In this document: piece by piece, positions 51,285-60,404 of the stretch
Layout of the letters: every line of letters starts with the position of its first letter
Position numbering within the stretch: position 1 is the stretch's first letter
IMG/VR virus record: IMGVR_UViG_3300045911_000602
Length of the DNA stretch: 64,000 bases
Source of the DNA: a virus
Reading direction: 5' to 3' (one strand)
Notes under the pieces: model-generated
What the model saw: only the letters and a program-made list of their open reading frames with translations
The model's database searches: none
Told to the model about the DNA's origin: nothing
Program-made: the position numbers and the translations under genes

Positions 51285-51844
51285 ACTTCTCCTTCAAGAG
51301 CCTTGCGTTCGCTTTCAAGGTTGCGGTTAATTGCTCGATTTGCATCAAACTTATCGGGAAATCTCACACGTAGCTTTTCAATACCTCGATCTAATAGCCG
51401 TTCCCAATCTAAATTGTTTGCATCGCAAAGTATAGCTTGATACCAGTTTAAGTCAAACATTTCTTCACCAAGATGAACACGATTTAATGGTTTTCCTTGA
51501 ATTACTTGTTGAAGGATTTCAACTAATTCCGTGCTTTCCGTAGCAATTCCTAAAATTCCATGAAATAAACGTGGATCAACATTAATTTCAGGTTGAAGAA
51601 GTAGTGGTGTGTTTCCTCTCTTGTTTAATTGTTGAGAAATAAGCTCAATTGTGCTTGAACATTCAGACCACGTTTCGGATGAAATTGGTTTACCATAAAA
51701 GACATTCTTTTTAACCATATCAAGCATGGTTCCGACAGCTATATAAATTTGCAGCAATCGGACTAGACTGTTTTTATCAAAACTTACTTTTTCAATCGTG
51801 CTTTCTGTCCGTGTTGCCAAAGGAATGAATTCTTGCAAATTCAT
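51281..51844 (-). CDS. mazG: MazG-like nucleotide pyrophosphohydrolase
   Basis: GIATESTELVEIL ... LGEEMFDLNWYQAIL matches the E..E ... EE..D..WY metal-binding pattern. Confidence 0.55.
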   Translation of the reverse strand: MNLQEFIPLATRTESTIEKVSFDKNSLVRLLQIYIAVGTMLDMVKKNVFYGKPISSETWSECSSTIELISQQLNKRGNTPLLLQPEINVDPRLFHGILGIATESTELVEILQQVIQGKPLNRVHLGEEMFDLNWYQAILCDANNLDWERLLDRGIEKLRVRFPDKFDANRAINRNLESERKALEGEV

Positions 51845-51913
51845 GGTAAGCCTCCACTAAAATAGTAACAGGGGGGATTATATATGATAAGATTTATTTT
51901 GACAACTAGCAGC

Positions 51914-52129
51914 TCACTTAAAAATTCTTTCAAAAGAATCAGCTGTTTGTTTTGCTAATTTAATTTTTGTGTTAATAATATCAGTTGTCCATTGTATGGA
52001 CAACTCAATCGATTTGTTGTACAAATTATATTGATGTTGAAAGTACTTTAGAGTGTTAACAGGAGCAGTAGCAAATGGTTCAAACCATTTGCTGTTTTGT
52101 TTAAAAAGGTCTTGTTGAAAAGTATCCAT
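51914..52129 (-). CDS. hypothetical protein (71 aa)
   Basis: ORF only. Confidence 0.55.
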   Translation of the reverse strand: MDTFQQDLFKQNSKWFEPFATAPVNTLKYFQHQYNLYNKSIELSIQWTTDIINTKIKLAKQTADSFERIFK

Positions 52130-52193
52130 ATTTGTTTTTGATGAATTAACAACGATTAGTTTTGGTCCACCTGTTTTGTTTTAAGTTAATTTG

Positions 52194-52266
52194 AGCGGCT
52201 GGCCGGTCTCGAACCGGCGACATTCTGCTTGGCAAGCAGATATTCTTCCAACTGAATTACAGCCGC
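52194..52266 (-). tRNA. tRNA-Gly(GCC), no encoded CCA
   Basis: Acceptor GCGGCUG/CAGCCGC; D-arm AUUC-AGUUGGAA-GAAU; anticodon arm UCUGC-UUGCCAA-GCAGA; T-arm GCCGG-UUCGAGA-CCGGC. Confidence 0.9.
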
Positions 52267-52377
52267 AAAATATTTTTTGTCAACTACTAGTTTTTGTTTT
52301 AAGACGACCAGCAGTTCACAATATACTTTATTTATATTAAAATTTCTAAATATTTATTGTTATTGAGAGTATATGTT

Positions 52378-53133
52378 ATGGTACAAAAATATAGGACAAT
52401 TTGGGTTTCAGATATTCACCTTGGTACAAAAGGATGTCAGGCAAATTTGTTGTTAGATTTCTTAAAACACACCGAAACAGATTATTTGATATTAGTTGGT
52501 GATATTATAGATTTTTGGGCATTGAAACGAAGTTCTTATTGGCCTGCCGAACACAACACAGTTATTCAAAAAATTCTTAAATTGTCAAGACATGGAACTA
52601 AAGTAATTTTTATACCAGGTAACCACGACGAAACGTTGAGAAGTTATGTTGGTCATAATTTTGGTGATATACAACTTCATGAAGAATATATACATCAATT
52701 AGCTGACGGAAAAAAAATTTTATGTATTCACGGCGATTTGTTTGATGCTGTAACAGCATATCATAAATGGTTAGCAATTGCTGGTGATATAAGTTATAAT
52801 TTTTTGTTGTGGTTAAATAGACACTTTAATTGCTTAAGAAACAGAATTGGTCTTGGATATTGGTCTTTATCTGCTTTTATTAAGTTAAAAGTAAAAAAAG
52901 CTGTTAATTTTATCAGTAATTATGAAGAAAATGTTGTAAAATATGCAAAGATTAAAAATGTTGATGGTGTTTTGTGTGGTCACATACATCACGCTGAAAT
53001 GAAAATGATAGATAATATTTTATACTTAAATGATGGTGATTGGGTTGAATCCTGCACCGCAATAGTGGAGAACTATAATGGAAAACTTGAACTCATACGC
53101 TGGACTACCAAAAAGAATATTAATAATAACTGA
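52378..53133 (+). CDS. LpxH-like metallophosphoesterase (UDP-2,3-diacylglucosamine diphosphatase family)
   Basis: Motifs WVSDIHLG, LVGDIIDFW, IPGNHDE, IHGDLFD and GHIHH. Start set to the ATG at 52378. Confidence 0.7.
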   Translation: MVQKYRTIWVSDIHLGTKGCQANLLLDFLKHTETDYLILVGDIIDFWALKRSSYWPAEHNTVIQKILKLSRHGTKVIFIPGNHDETLRSYVGHNFGDIQLHEEYIHQLADGKKILCIHGDLFDAVTAYHKWLAIAGDISYNFLLWLNRHFNCLRNRIGLGYWSLSAFIKLKVKKAVNFISNYEENVVKYAKIKNVDGVLCGHIHHAEMKMIDNILYLNDGDWVESCTAIVENYNGKLELIRWTTKKNINNN

Positions 53134-54142
53134 TGCGTGGCAGCCTCAGATAAATGGAGTCGTAAGAACATTACAAACAACGGTTGATTTAATTACCAAA
53201 AAGGGAATTGACGTTTTTGTAATTCATCCAAAAATGTTCGATACGATTGAGTGTCCGTTTTATAAAGAAATTTCTCTTGTAATAAGTCAAAAACAAGCAA
53301 CTGAAAAAATTAAGCAAACGGTTGAAACTTTTCGTCCGTTATATATCCACATTGTTACAGAAGGTCCGTTGGGCTACGCAGGAAGAAAGTTTTGCATTAA
53401 AAATAACTTGCGATTTACTACAGCATACCATACCAAATATCCTGAATATATGCAAAAAATGTTTCCTTGGATTCCATTTATTAAACAAATAACTTATGCA
53501 TATGTTAAAAATTTCCACAATGCATCATCAAATGTGATGGTTGCTTCAACTGCCCTGCAAGATGAACTTGCAATGAAAGGATTTAAAAATTTGGTCCTTT
53601 GGGGAAGGGGAGCAAATTTGTTGTTGTTTAACCCAGCGGTTCAATCAACTTCTCCTTTTGACCACAAATATGCTTTATATGTCGGTCGGATTTCCAAAGA
53701 AAAACAAATTGAGAATTTTCTTAATACCAACACAAAAAAATATGACAACATGAAAAAAGTTGTTGTTGGTGATGGACCAGAACTAAATCGCTTAATGAAA
53801 AAATATCCAAACGTAATTTTTGTAGGAAAAAAGACCGGATTGGAGCTAGCAAATTATTATAGACATGCTTCAGTTTTTTGCTTTCCAAGCAAGACTGATA
53901 CATATGGTTTGGTTGTGGCAGAAGCGTTAGCTTCAGGTGTTCCGGTTGCTGCTTACAAAACTCCAAATATTGAAGCTATAGTAAATGATCAAGTTGCTGG
54001 ACTGCACGAAACTGATTTCCAACAAGCAATTGATCTTGCATTGAAAAAAGACAGAACTGCATGCAGAAAGTATGCTGAAAAGCAGTTTCATTGGGACAAA
54101 TGTACTAGACAATTCCTTATAAATTTAATATCGGTACAGTGA
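53078..54142 (+). CDS. GT4-family glycosyltransferase
   Basis: N-terminal ILIITDAWQPQINGVV and C-terminal FPSKTDTYGLVVAEALASGVPV (E-x7-E-type block). It overlaps the upstream gene by 56 nt. Confidence 0.75.
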   Translation: MENLNSYAGLPKRILIITDAWQPQINGVVRTLQTTVDLITKKGIDVFVIHPKMFDTIECPFYKEISLVISQKQATEKIKQTVETFRPLYIHIVTEGPLGYAGRKFCIKNNLRFTTAYHTKYPEYMQKMFPWIPFIKQITYAYVKNFHNASSNVMVASTALQDELAMKGFKNLVLWGRGANLLLFNPAVQSTSPFDHKYALYVGRISKEKQIENFLNTNTKKYDNMKKVVVGDGPELNRLMKKYPNVIFVGKKTGLELANYYRHASVFCFPSKTDTYGLVVAEALASGVPVAAYKTPNIEAIVNDQVAGLHETDFQQAIDLALKKDRTACRKYAEKQFHWDKCTRQFLINLISVQ

Positions 54143-54212
54143 ACTGAACTACCACTTGTCTAACGAACAATAAATATTTCTATGTAAACGGAGAAGTTTT
54201 TAAGAGAAAAAA

Positions 54213-54632
54213 ATGAAAATCAATGAAATTTTGTCAGAAAGTTTTTGGAGCACTGCAAAGGCTGTCGGTTCTGCATTGGCAGGTGCAGCAACTGGTACTG
54301 GCCGAGAGATTGTGAGGGGAGCCAAAGCAGTTGTTTTGCCTGGGGTTCGAATTGTAAAAGCAGGAGCTGAAGGTTATTCGAGATCTAAAATTAAAACATC
54401 TAAACAATCAATTGTGCAGGCCATTGATGAGTTGCTGGCGCGTGGTCTTTCAGATAATGAAATTCAACAACTGATTTCTCAACGTATTCAATATCAAAAA
54501 ATGAAAGCGGCAGGTATGTCAGATCAACAAATTCATGATAAACTTAAGTTCGATCAAGAAACAGAAAATTTTGTGAAAAAACAACTAGAAAAGCAAAAAT
54601 CTGAAAAACAACAAACGGCTCGAATTAAATAA
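54213..54632 (+). CDS. hypothetical protein (139 aa)
   Basis: ORF with a GGAGAAG RBS region. Confidence 0.6.
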   Translation: MKINEILSESFWSTAKAVGSALAGAATGTGREIVRGAKAVVLPGVRIVKAGAEGYSRSKIKTSKQSIVQAIDELLARGLSDNEIQQLISQRIQYQKMKAAGMSDQQIHDKLKFDQETENFVKKQLEKQKSEKQQTARIK

Positions 54633-54751
54633 GCAACTCAAACAGATACAACCCAAGCTACTAAGGCAACACAAACATCTCAAGCAACTAAAGCTGCTAA
54701 AGCAGCATAATAACTGAAAAGAAAAAGGTGCATGTGAAGTAGTATGAAAGT

Positions 54752-55147
54752 TTAATTGCTTTGGCTACAAGCAAGTTTCATTGTATTTGCGCCGTGTCCT
54801 GGTTGAACATTTTCCCAAAGTCTATTTTTTGCGTTTAAAACTTCAAAAACGACATTTGCATTTTCGTCGTATCCAACAATTGAAACAACTCTGTTAATTT
54901 TTCTTTTACAATCAATTTCGATAATACCATCAATTAGAAATATTTGTGTTATTTTTTGGTGCGCTTCTGTCGTTTGACCAATTTTGTGGATTGAAATTGT
55001 TTCAGGATCTATATATGTAACGGAAGTTATATCAACAAAATAATCAATGTATTGATCTCTTCCCACAAATATATAATTTGAATCTTCAGCCTGTACACTA
55101 CCACAAAATAAGTTAATTAATAATATCAAAATTATTTTTTTCATCAA
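54752..55147 (-). CDS. small secreted protein (131 aa)
   Basis: Signal peptide MMKKIILILLINLFCGSVQA, with two distal cysteines. Confidence 0.65.
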   Translation of the reverse strand: MMKKIILILLINLFCGSVQAEDSNYIFVGRDQYIDYFVDITSVTYIDPETISIHKIGQTTEAHQKITQIFLIDGIIEIDCKRKINRVVSIVGYDENANVVFEVLNAKNRLWENVQPGHGANTMKLACSQSN

Positions 55148-55646
55148 AGTTTCTCCTTTTTATAAGTTTTTGTTGTTGCTTTTTGGCTATCTGTAGTTTC
55201 AACGGTGAAAGATAATCCACAAATAAAATTCCATTTAAATGGTCAATTTCATGTTGAACACAAACGCTCAATAAGCCGTTAAGCGTCATGGTTTTATGTT
55301 CTTGTTCTGGTGTATAATATGAAACTACAATTTCGTTTGCTCGTTTAACACTAGCAAACAATCCCGGAAAAGAAAGACACCCTTCTTTTAAATTTTGGGT
55401 GTCTTTTTTTGACATAATTACAGGATTAATTAAAATAAGTGAGTTATTTAAACTATCTTTTCCTAAACTTTGGTCAATAACTATAATTTTTTGTTCTAAA
55501 CCAACCTGAGGTGCTGAAATTCCAATACCAGAATGTTTATACATTACAGATACCATTTGTTTACCAATATAACCAGCATCTGTAAAGTTATCTACTTCTT
55601 TACATTTTTTACGTAAGATATCATCAGGGTAATATTTTAATTCCAT
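55113..55646 (-). CDS. def: peptide deformylase
   Basis: All three motifs are present: GIGISAPQVG, EGCLSFPG and HEIDHLNG. Confidence 0.9.
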   Translation of the reverse strand: MELKYYPDDILRKKCKEVDNFTDAGYIGKQMVSVMYKHSGIGISAPQVGLEQKIIVIDQSLGKDSLNNSLILINPVIMSKKDTQNLKEGCLSFPGLFASVKRANEIVVSYYTPEQEHKTMTLNGLLSVCVQHEIDHLNGILFVDYLSPLKLQIAKKQQQKLIKRRNFDEKNNFDIIN

Positions 55647-55708
55647 TTTAAAAATTTAACTTTATATTATGCACCCGAATCTCATTTGTTTTTAACACAA
55701 GCGATAGT

Positions 55709-56290
55709 TCAGGATAGTTTAAGTTTGTGTGCTCTGCTGTGTCGAGGAATTTTTGTTAATAAAAATTCCATTTGATCAGCCAAAATTCTCCTATTCATTA
55801 ATAAAAGATATTCAGCTCTTACAGGAGCATAAGGTACGTATAGTAACTTCATGTCTGCTTCCTCAGGAGTTCTGTTATCTTTTAATTTGTTGCATGAACT
55901 ACAAGCAGCCACAACATTTTCCCACCTATTTTTACCTCCGCGAGATTTTGGAAGTATATGATCTCGTGTTAATTTGTCGGGAGTAAATTCACCACCGCAA
56001 TATGCACAAATGTTGTGGTCGCGTCTAAAAAGAGCGCGATTGGTTAATATGGGCGTTTTATACAAATGTTTGTTGCCCATTTCTCCTTTTGTTGCAATAA
56101 TTGTATTGAAGTCAAGAAATGAGCGCTCGCCGGTGGCTTTAGAAACGCCACCATAAATTCTATATCCATCAACACCAATTGACCACGCAATCAATTCTTT
56201 ACAGTAATAATATGCTGCATTTTCATATGTAATCCAACGCTGTGGATTACCAGTAATGTCAAGCTGCAAAATTAATGGCCGTTCGATCAT
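55709..56290 (-). CDS. HNH endonuclease
   Basis: CAYCGG ... RDHILPKSRGGKNRWENVVAACSSCN (H-N-H with CxxC pairs). Confidence 0.85.
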   Translation of the reverse strand: MIERPLILQLDITGNPQRWITYENAAYYYCKELIAWSIGVDGYRIYGGVSKATGERSFLDFNTIIATKGEMGNKHLYKTPILTNRALFRRDHNICAYCGGEFTPDKLTRDHILPKSRGGKNRWENVVAACSSCNKLKDNRTPEEADMKLLYVPYAPVRAEYLLLMNRRILADQMEFLLTKIPRHSRAHKLKLS

Positions 56291-56471
56291 GTTATTACCT
56301 GTCGAAGAAGTTGTTAATGGTATTTACTGAACTACCGCTTGTATTAACAACTTTTCAAATAATAAAGCAAAGTTATAACTTTACGATACACAAAAACATT
56401 TGAAGAGTCAAGTGTTTTGGCGTTAGCATCCGAACTTGTTATTTCCAGCAACAGCAATTCGCAGATTCTTT

Positions 56472-57434
56472 TCAGTCTAAGATTAAACTAATAGACTGTT
56501 TATGATCAATTCGTGTAATTGTCTCAGCGAGCAGCCCAGATATTGATATTTGTTCAATCTTTGGATTATTTTTCATACTATCAGGTAATTTAACACTATC
56601 AGTTATAAACAACATTTTTAGTTTTGAGTTTAAAATGTTTTCGTTTGCTTTTCCCGATAATACACCATGTGTAGCATATGCAACTACTTGCTTAGCACCC
56701 TTTTCTATCAAAGCATCAGCAGCTTTACCAAGCGTTCCAGCAGTATCGACCATATCGTCTATAATAATACAAGTTTTGTTTTCAACATCACCAATAATGT
56801 TCATTACTTCAGAAACGTTTGCGTTTGGTCTTCTTTTATCAACAATTGCCAAATCAATATTATCCAGATGTTTGGCAACTGACCTGGCTCTTGCTACACC
56901 CCCAACGTCTGGGGAAATAATAATTGGATTTTCAGATATCCAGTTCTTATAAATTGATGCAACAAACAAATGTGTTGCTGAAATGTTATCGACAGGGATT
57001 TTATAAAACCCTTGAATTTGTGTAGCGTGTAAATCGACAGTAATCAAGTGATCAATACCAGAATACTGCAAAATATCAGCAACAACTCTCGCTGATATTG
57101 GCACTCGTGAATAACCTGGTCTTCTATCTTGTCTTGAATAACCCAAGTATGGGATTACAGCAATGACTCTTTTTGCACTAGAACGTTTGAGAGCATCAGC
57201 AAGGAGCGCCGTTTCCATTAACGAATCGTTACAGGGCGGCGAAATGCTGGAAACAATAAAAGCTCTTTGGCCTCTTACGTTTTGTTGAATTTCAATTCGT
57301 GTTTCGCCATCACTAAATTTTTCATTAATAAATTTACTTACATAAGTTTGGGTTCGCTCAATTTCTGTTTTAAGATGTTTACAAATTCCATCTTTTATAG
57401 ATGAAGAAACGTTTCCAAAAAATAAAACGCTCAT
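56472..57434 (-). CDS. prs: ribose-phosphate pyrophosphokinase (PRPP synthetase)
   Basis: DLHATQIQGFY, the PRPP-binding loop CIIIDDMVDTAGT, and a size of 320 aa. Confidence 0.9.
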   Translation of the reverse strand: MSVLFFGNVSSSIKDGICKHLKTEIERTQTYVSKFINEKFSDGETRIEIQQNVRGQRAFIVSSISPPCNDSLMETALLADALKRSSAKRVIAVIPYLGYSRQDRRPGYSRVPISARVVADILQYSGIDHLITVDLHATQIQGFYKIPVDNISATHLFVASIYKNWISENPIIISPDVGGVARARSVAKHLDNIDLAIVDKRRPNANVSEVMNIIGDVENKTCIIIDDMVDTAGTLGKAADALIEKGAKQVVAYATHGVLSGKANENILNSKLKMLFITDSVKLPDSMKNNPKIEQISISGLLAETITRIDHKQSISLILD

Positions 57435-57504
57435 GGTTATAATTCCTTTATTTTCTTAATTAGATTATAAATACAGTAACAATAAATGTCAAGGAGATTT
57501 TATT

Positions 57505-57759
57505 ATGAATTTACAACAACTACGCGAGCTTGCAGGTATTAAAAGAAATGAAGATGAAATTCTTTTGGATGAAGCAATTGAAATTCCAGAAAATATTACT
57601 TTAGAAGAAGTTAATAAAATGTTTGATGCTGCAAAAAAAGCTCTTGGTCTAGCCAACAAGTTACGTGACCCAGACGAAAAGAAAAAGCATATGAGCCAAG
57701 TAATGAGTGGACTCAATAAAATTAGAGCTGCGGTTCAAAAATTATCTAAACAACAATAA
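57505..57759 (+). CDS. hypothetical protein (84 aa)
   Basis: AAGGAG RBS. TATAAATA lies 31 nt upstream. The antisense ORF 57489..57716 is low-complexity. Confidence 0.65.
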   Translation: MNLQQLRELAGIKRNEDEILLDEAIEIPENITLEEVNKMFDAAKKALGLANKLRDPDEKKKHMSQVMSGLNKIRAAVQKLSKQQ

Positions 57760-57791
57760 CTTTTTTATTAATTGTTCAACATTACGCACTT

Positions 57792-57814
57792 GAACTACCG
57801 CTAAGCGGTAGTTC
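57792..57814. terminator. perfect 10-bp hairpin GAACTACCGC-TAA-GCGGTAGTTC between convergent genes
   Basis: Read directly. It has no strong U-run, so the terminator function is tentative. Confidence 0.45.
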
Positions 57815-57828
57815 AGTTATGCGGTAGT

Positions 57829-59085
57829 TCATTCAAATTTCACTGTAGTGCCATGTGGTGCAACAACATTAGTCTTATAAGCAAGCCAAAGAGTGGGAGC
57901 ATAGTCAGGATCCCCCCATGTACTACATTCCATGTCAGTGAAACAAACTAATTGCTTGGGCACAATTTCTTCCCCTTTCAGAAATTCCCAGATGCAATTG
58001 AAGTCTGTTCCTCCATCACCTTTAATTTCATAATCGTAAATTTCTTGGACATTTTCCTCGGTGAACGTCTGGCGGTTGTAGACTTGAGTATCAAAAGATG
58101 CAACGTTAATTTTAAATGAAGCGTGCTGTTGCATAATGCCAACTACTTCTGACATGAATACCTTGATTTCGTCAGGTCCAATGGACCCAGACGCGTCCAA
58201 GAATATATCAGCTTCTACTGTAGGTTCGCGTTGCATTGAAGGAAGAACTGCATCACACAACCAACCACGACGATTCGGGCGCATATAGGTGAAATCATTC
58301 TTAATTTGAGATTCAATTTGTTGAACCAAGAGTTCTTTCCAATTCATCTTGGGTTCTGTCAAATCCTTGATCAAGCGACGGACACCAAGGGGAACATTGC
58401 CTACGCCATGAGCCTGGACCGAAGACATTATCGCATCACGAAGTTCGTCCCTGATCTCCGACAGTTCTTTCTCAGACAGACGTGGTTTTCCATTTGGATC
58501 TTCATCATCTCCCTCAGTGTCATTACCAGCATCAGATTCCAGGTGCTCATCAAGCACTTGAGATAACAGACTGTCGATAGAAATTTTCTCTGCATCTTCC
58601 ATGAGCCTCTCGTAGATCTCTTCCGCAGACATGTCTTTGAATTGCGGATCAAAGAGGCAAGGAAACGTGGTGATTTTCTCGCCGATCTTGAATTCAATTA
58701 GATCTCGGTTGACTGCATAGTCAGCAGCAATGTTCCAAAGTTGGGCATTGCGATCAAGGCAACGTCCGCTTTTGCCCACATGTTCATAGACAGCATGAAG
58801 AATTTCATGTCCTATTAAGAAAATCACTTCTCGAGGTTTGAGCATATTGACAAATTTAGAATTGTACCAAAGTGTCCGCCCATCGGTTGCGGCAGTGGGA
58901 CACCAGTCAACATCACTCACTAGTCTCAAGCGAGATGCAATATTGCCCCAGAACGGGGTGTGCATAAGCATCGCAATTCGCGCTACTATGATTGCTTGTT
59001 CTGCTTGGCTTTTCTCGGCAGCAGTAGGTTCGCCTTTGATTTTTTCCAACAACGTTGGATCATTGATTTTGGATTTAGACGTCAT
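57829..59085 (-). CDS. VWA-domain protein with an N-terminal zincin-like metallopeptidase motif (CobT-like / DUF2201-type partner of the MoxR ATPase)
   Basis: HEILHAVYEH (HExxH) and a MIDAS-like FLDASGSIG. Confidence 0.75.
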   Translation of the reverse strand: MTSKSKINDPTLLEKIKGEPTAAEKSQAEQAIIVARIAMLMHTPFWGNIASRLRLVSDVDWCPTAATDGRTLWYNSKFVNMLKPREVIFLIGHEILHAVYEHVGKSGRCLDRNAQLWNIAADYAVNRDLIEFKIGEKITTFPCLFDPQFKDMSAEEIYERLMEDAEKISIDSLLSQVLDEHLESDAGNDTEGDDEDPNGKPRLSEKELSEIRDELRDAIMSSVQAHGVGNVPLGVRRLIKDLTEPKMNWKELLVQQIESQIKNDFTYMRPNRRGWLCDAVLPSMQREPTVEADIFLDASGSIGPDEIKVFMSEVVGIMQQHASFKINVASFDTQVYNRQTFTEENVQEIYDYEIKGDGGTDFNCIWEFLKGEEIVPKQLVCFTDMECSTWGDPDYAPTLWLAYKTNVVAPHGTTVKFE

Positions 59086-59251
59086 CTGTGGTTTTCCTTG
59101 AACGATCGTACTTTAATAGGTAGTAGACTTTAACTTGTTCCAGCATTTCTTTCAACACCAAATCATTCTCTGCTTGCATTCTGATCGAGTGCCAAAGCTG
59201 ACTCTCTTTCATGGAATTGCGTAGCTTAGATATAGTATTTGGGTCTACCAT
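59075..59251 (-). CDS. small protein candidate (58 aa) between the MoxR and VWA genes
   Basis: Hand-translated and below the track cutoff. The ATG is 3 nt after the MoxR stop. It overlaps the VWA start by 11 nt. Confidence 0.5.
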   Translation of the reverse strand: MVDPNTISKLRNSMKESQLWHSIRMQAENDLVLKEMLEQVKVYYLLKYDRSRKTTDDV

Positions 59252-59254
59252 TTC

Positions 59255-60346
59255 TTAAACTTGTGTGGCCTTAAGGATCAATGAACCAAAGCGTTCATGG
59301 AACTCCTTAAAGTTGGTCAGTTTAGAAGGCGTGAACGGAAGGTGATACTGTTGCAACATGACGCGAATTGCCATCACCATCACTTCAGTCGTCAAACAAT
59401 CCATAAAGAACCGTAGTACATTGTCTGCCTTGTTGTACCAGTTTTTATCCTTTTCGTCGTGTGCTGCCTTGAGTTCATAAGCACAGGAAATTGCCAAAGA
59501 ATACATCGCAGAGATTTCTTTGGTTTTCAACTTTTTGACTTTTCCTTCCAGCACATCCTTCGGATTTGGAAGATTCGATGAATTCTTACGGTGAGCCAGG
59601 AACTTCAATGCCATCCCCTCACCGACGGTGCCTGCAATTAAATCCGCAATCACAGATTCGTCGAGTTGTGGGTCTTTTAGGAATTCTGAAACGAATTCCC
59701 ATGAACGAGGAGTAGCAAAGGATCTGCTAGAGCTTTTTGGATCGAAATCAAATAGACTGTTCTTGCTAAACTCGATAAAGCTCACTACGTCTGGGTGGAT
59801 TTGATTATCCATTGCCCAGCGTGACCAAGAATCTGCGTCAACCCGCAACTCAACGTGAACAAACCGATTGGCTAGTGGAGCAGGTTGACGATAAGTCACG
59901 CCCCTATCTGAGTCTCGGTTACCTGCAGCGAAAATTACACAATTCTCAGGGAGCTTGTATGTCCCAACTCCTCGATCAAGGACTAGTTGATATGCCGCAG
60001 CTTGTACAGAAGGCGCAGCTGAGTTCATTTCGTCGAGGAAAAGGAACACCACAGGGTACTTGGACGCTTCCTCTTCCGTAGGAAGATCGACCGGAGGAGC
60101 CCATTCCATCTTATTGGATTCTTTGTTATAGTATGGAATACCTCGGAGGTCGGTCTGTTCACATTGCGAAAGACGCACATCATAAAACCTACCGCCCATC
60201 TCAGCGCAAAGTTGCGCTACCATAGAACTCTTACCTACACCCATCGGACCCCAGATGAATACTGGTCGCTTAATACGAGCACACGAACGCAACACTTTCA
60301 TAAGTTGTTGACCAGTCACAGTACGGGTCGTTGAAATTTCAGCCAT
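59255..60346 (-). CDS. MoxR/CobS-like AAA+ ATPase (AAA_5 type)
   Basis: Walker A GPMGVGKSS and Walker B VVFLFLDEMN. It is paired with the VWA gene. Confidence 0.85.
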   Translation of the reverse strand: MAEISTTRTVTGQQLMKVLRSCARIKRPVFIWGPMGVGKSSMVAQLCAEMGGRFYDVRLSQCEQTDLRGIPYYNKESNKMEWAPPVDLPTEEEASKYPVVFLFLDEMNSAAPSVQAAAYQLVLDRGVGTYKLPENCVIFAAGNRDSDRGVTYRQPAPLANRFVHVELRVDADSWSRWAMDNQIHPDVVSFIEFSKNSLFDFDPKSSSRSFATPRSWEFVSEFLKDPQLDESVIADLIAGTVGEGMALKFLAHRKNSSNLPNPKDVLEGKVKKLKTKEISAMYSLAISCAYELKAAHDEKDKNWYNKADNVLRFFMDCLTTEVMVMAIRVMLQQYHLPFTPSKLTNFKEFHERFGSLILKATQV

Positions 60347-60404
60347 TCTGGTTTCTCCTTGATTAAATGAGAGGGTTTAGTGTTGGTTATCACCGTTATG
60401 GAGC

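Noticed and set aside
54633-54710. Twenty-five in-frame sense codons after the TAA of 54213..54632, encoding a low-complexity ATQTDTTQATKATQTSQATKAAKAA tail followed by a double stop. This could indicate read-through.
   Set aside because: An open stretch of 25 codons is not statistically unusual. The stop is TAA, not the UAG that the CUA tRNA-like element would read, and there is no recoding signal that I can recognise.
57489-57716. A minus-strand 75-aa ORF antisense to 57505..57759.
   Set aside because: It is Ser/Leu/Phe-rich low complexity with no RBS. The plus-strand ORF has an AAGGAG RBS and a promoter-like box.
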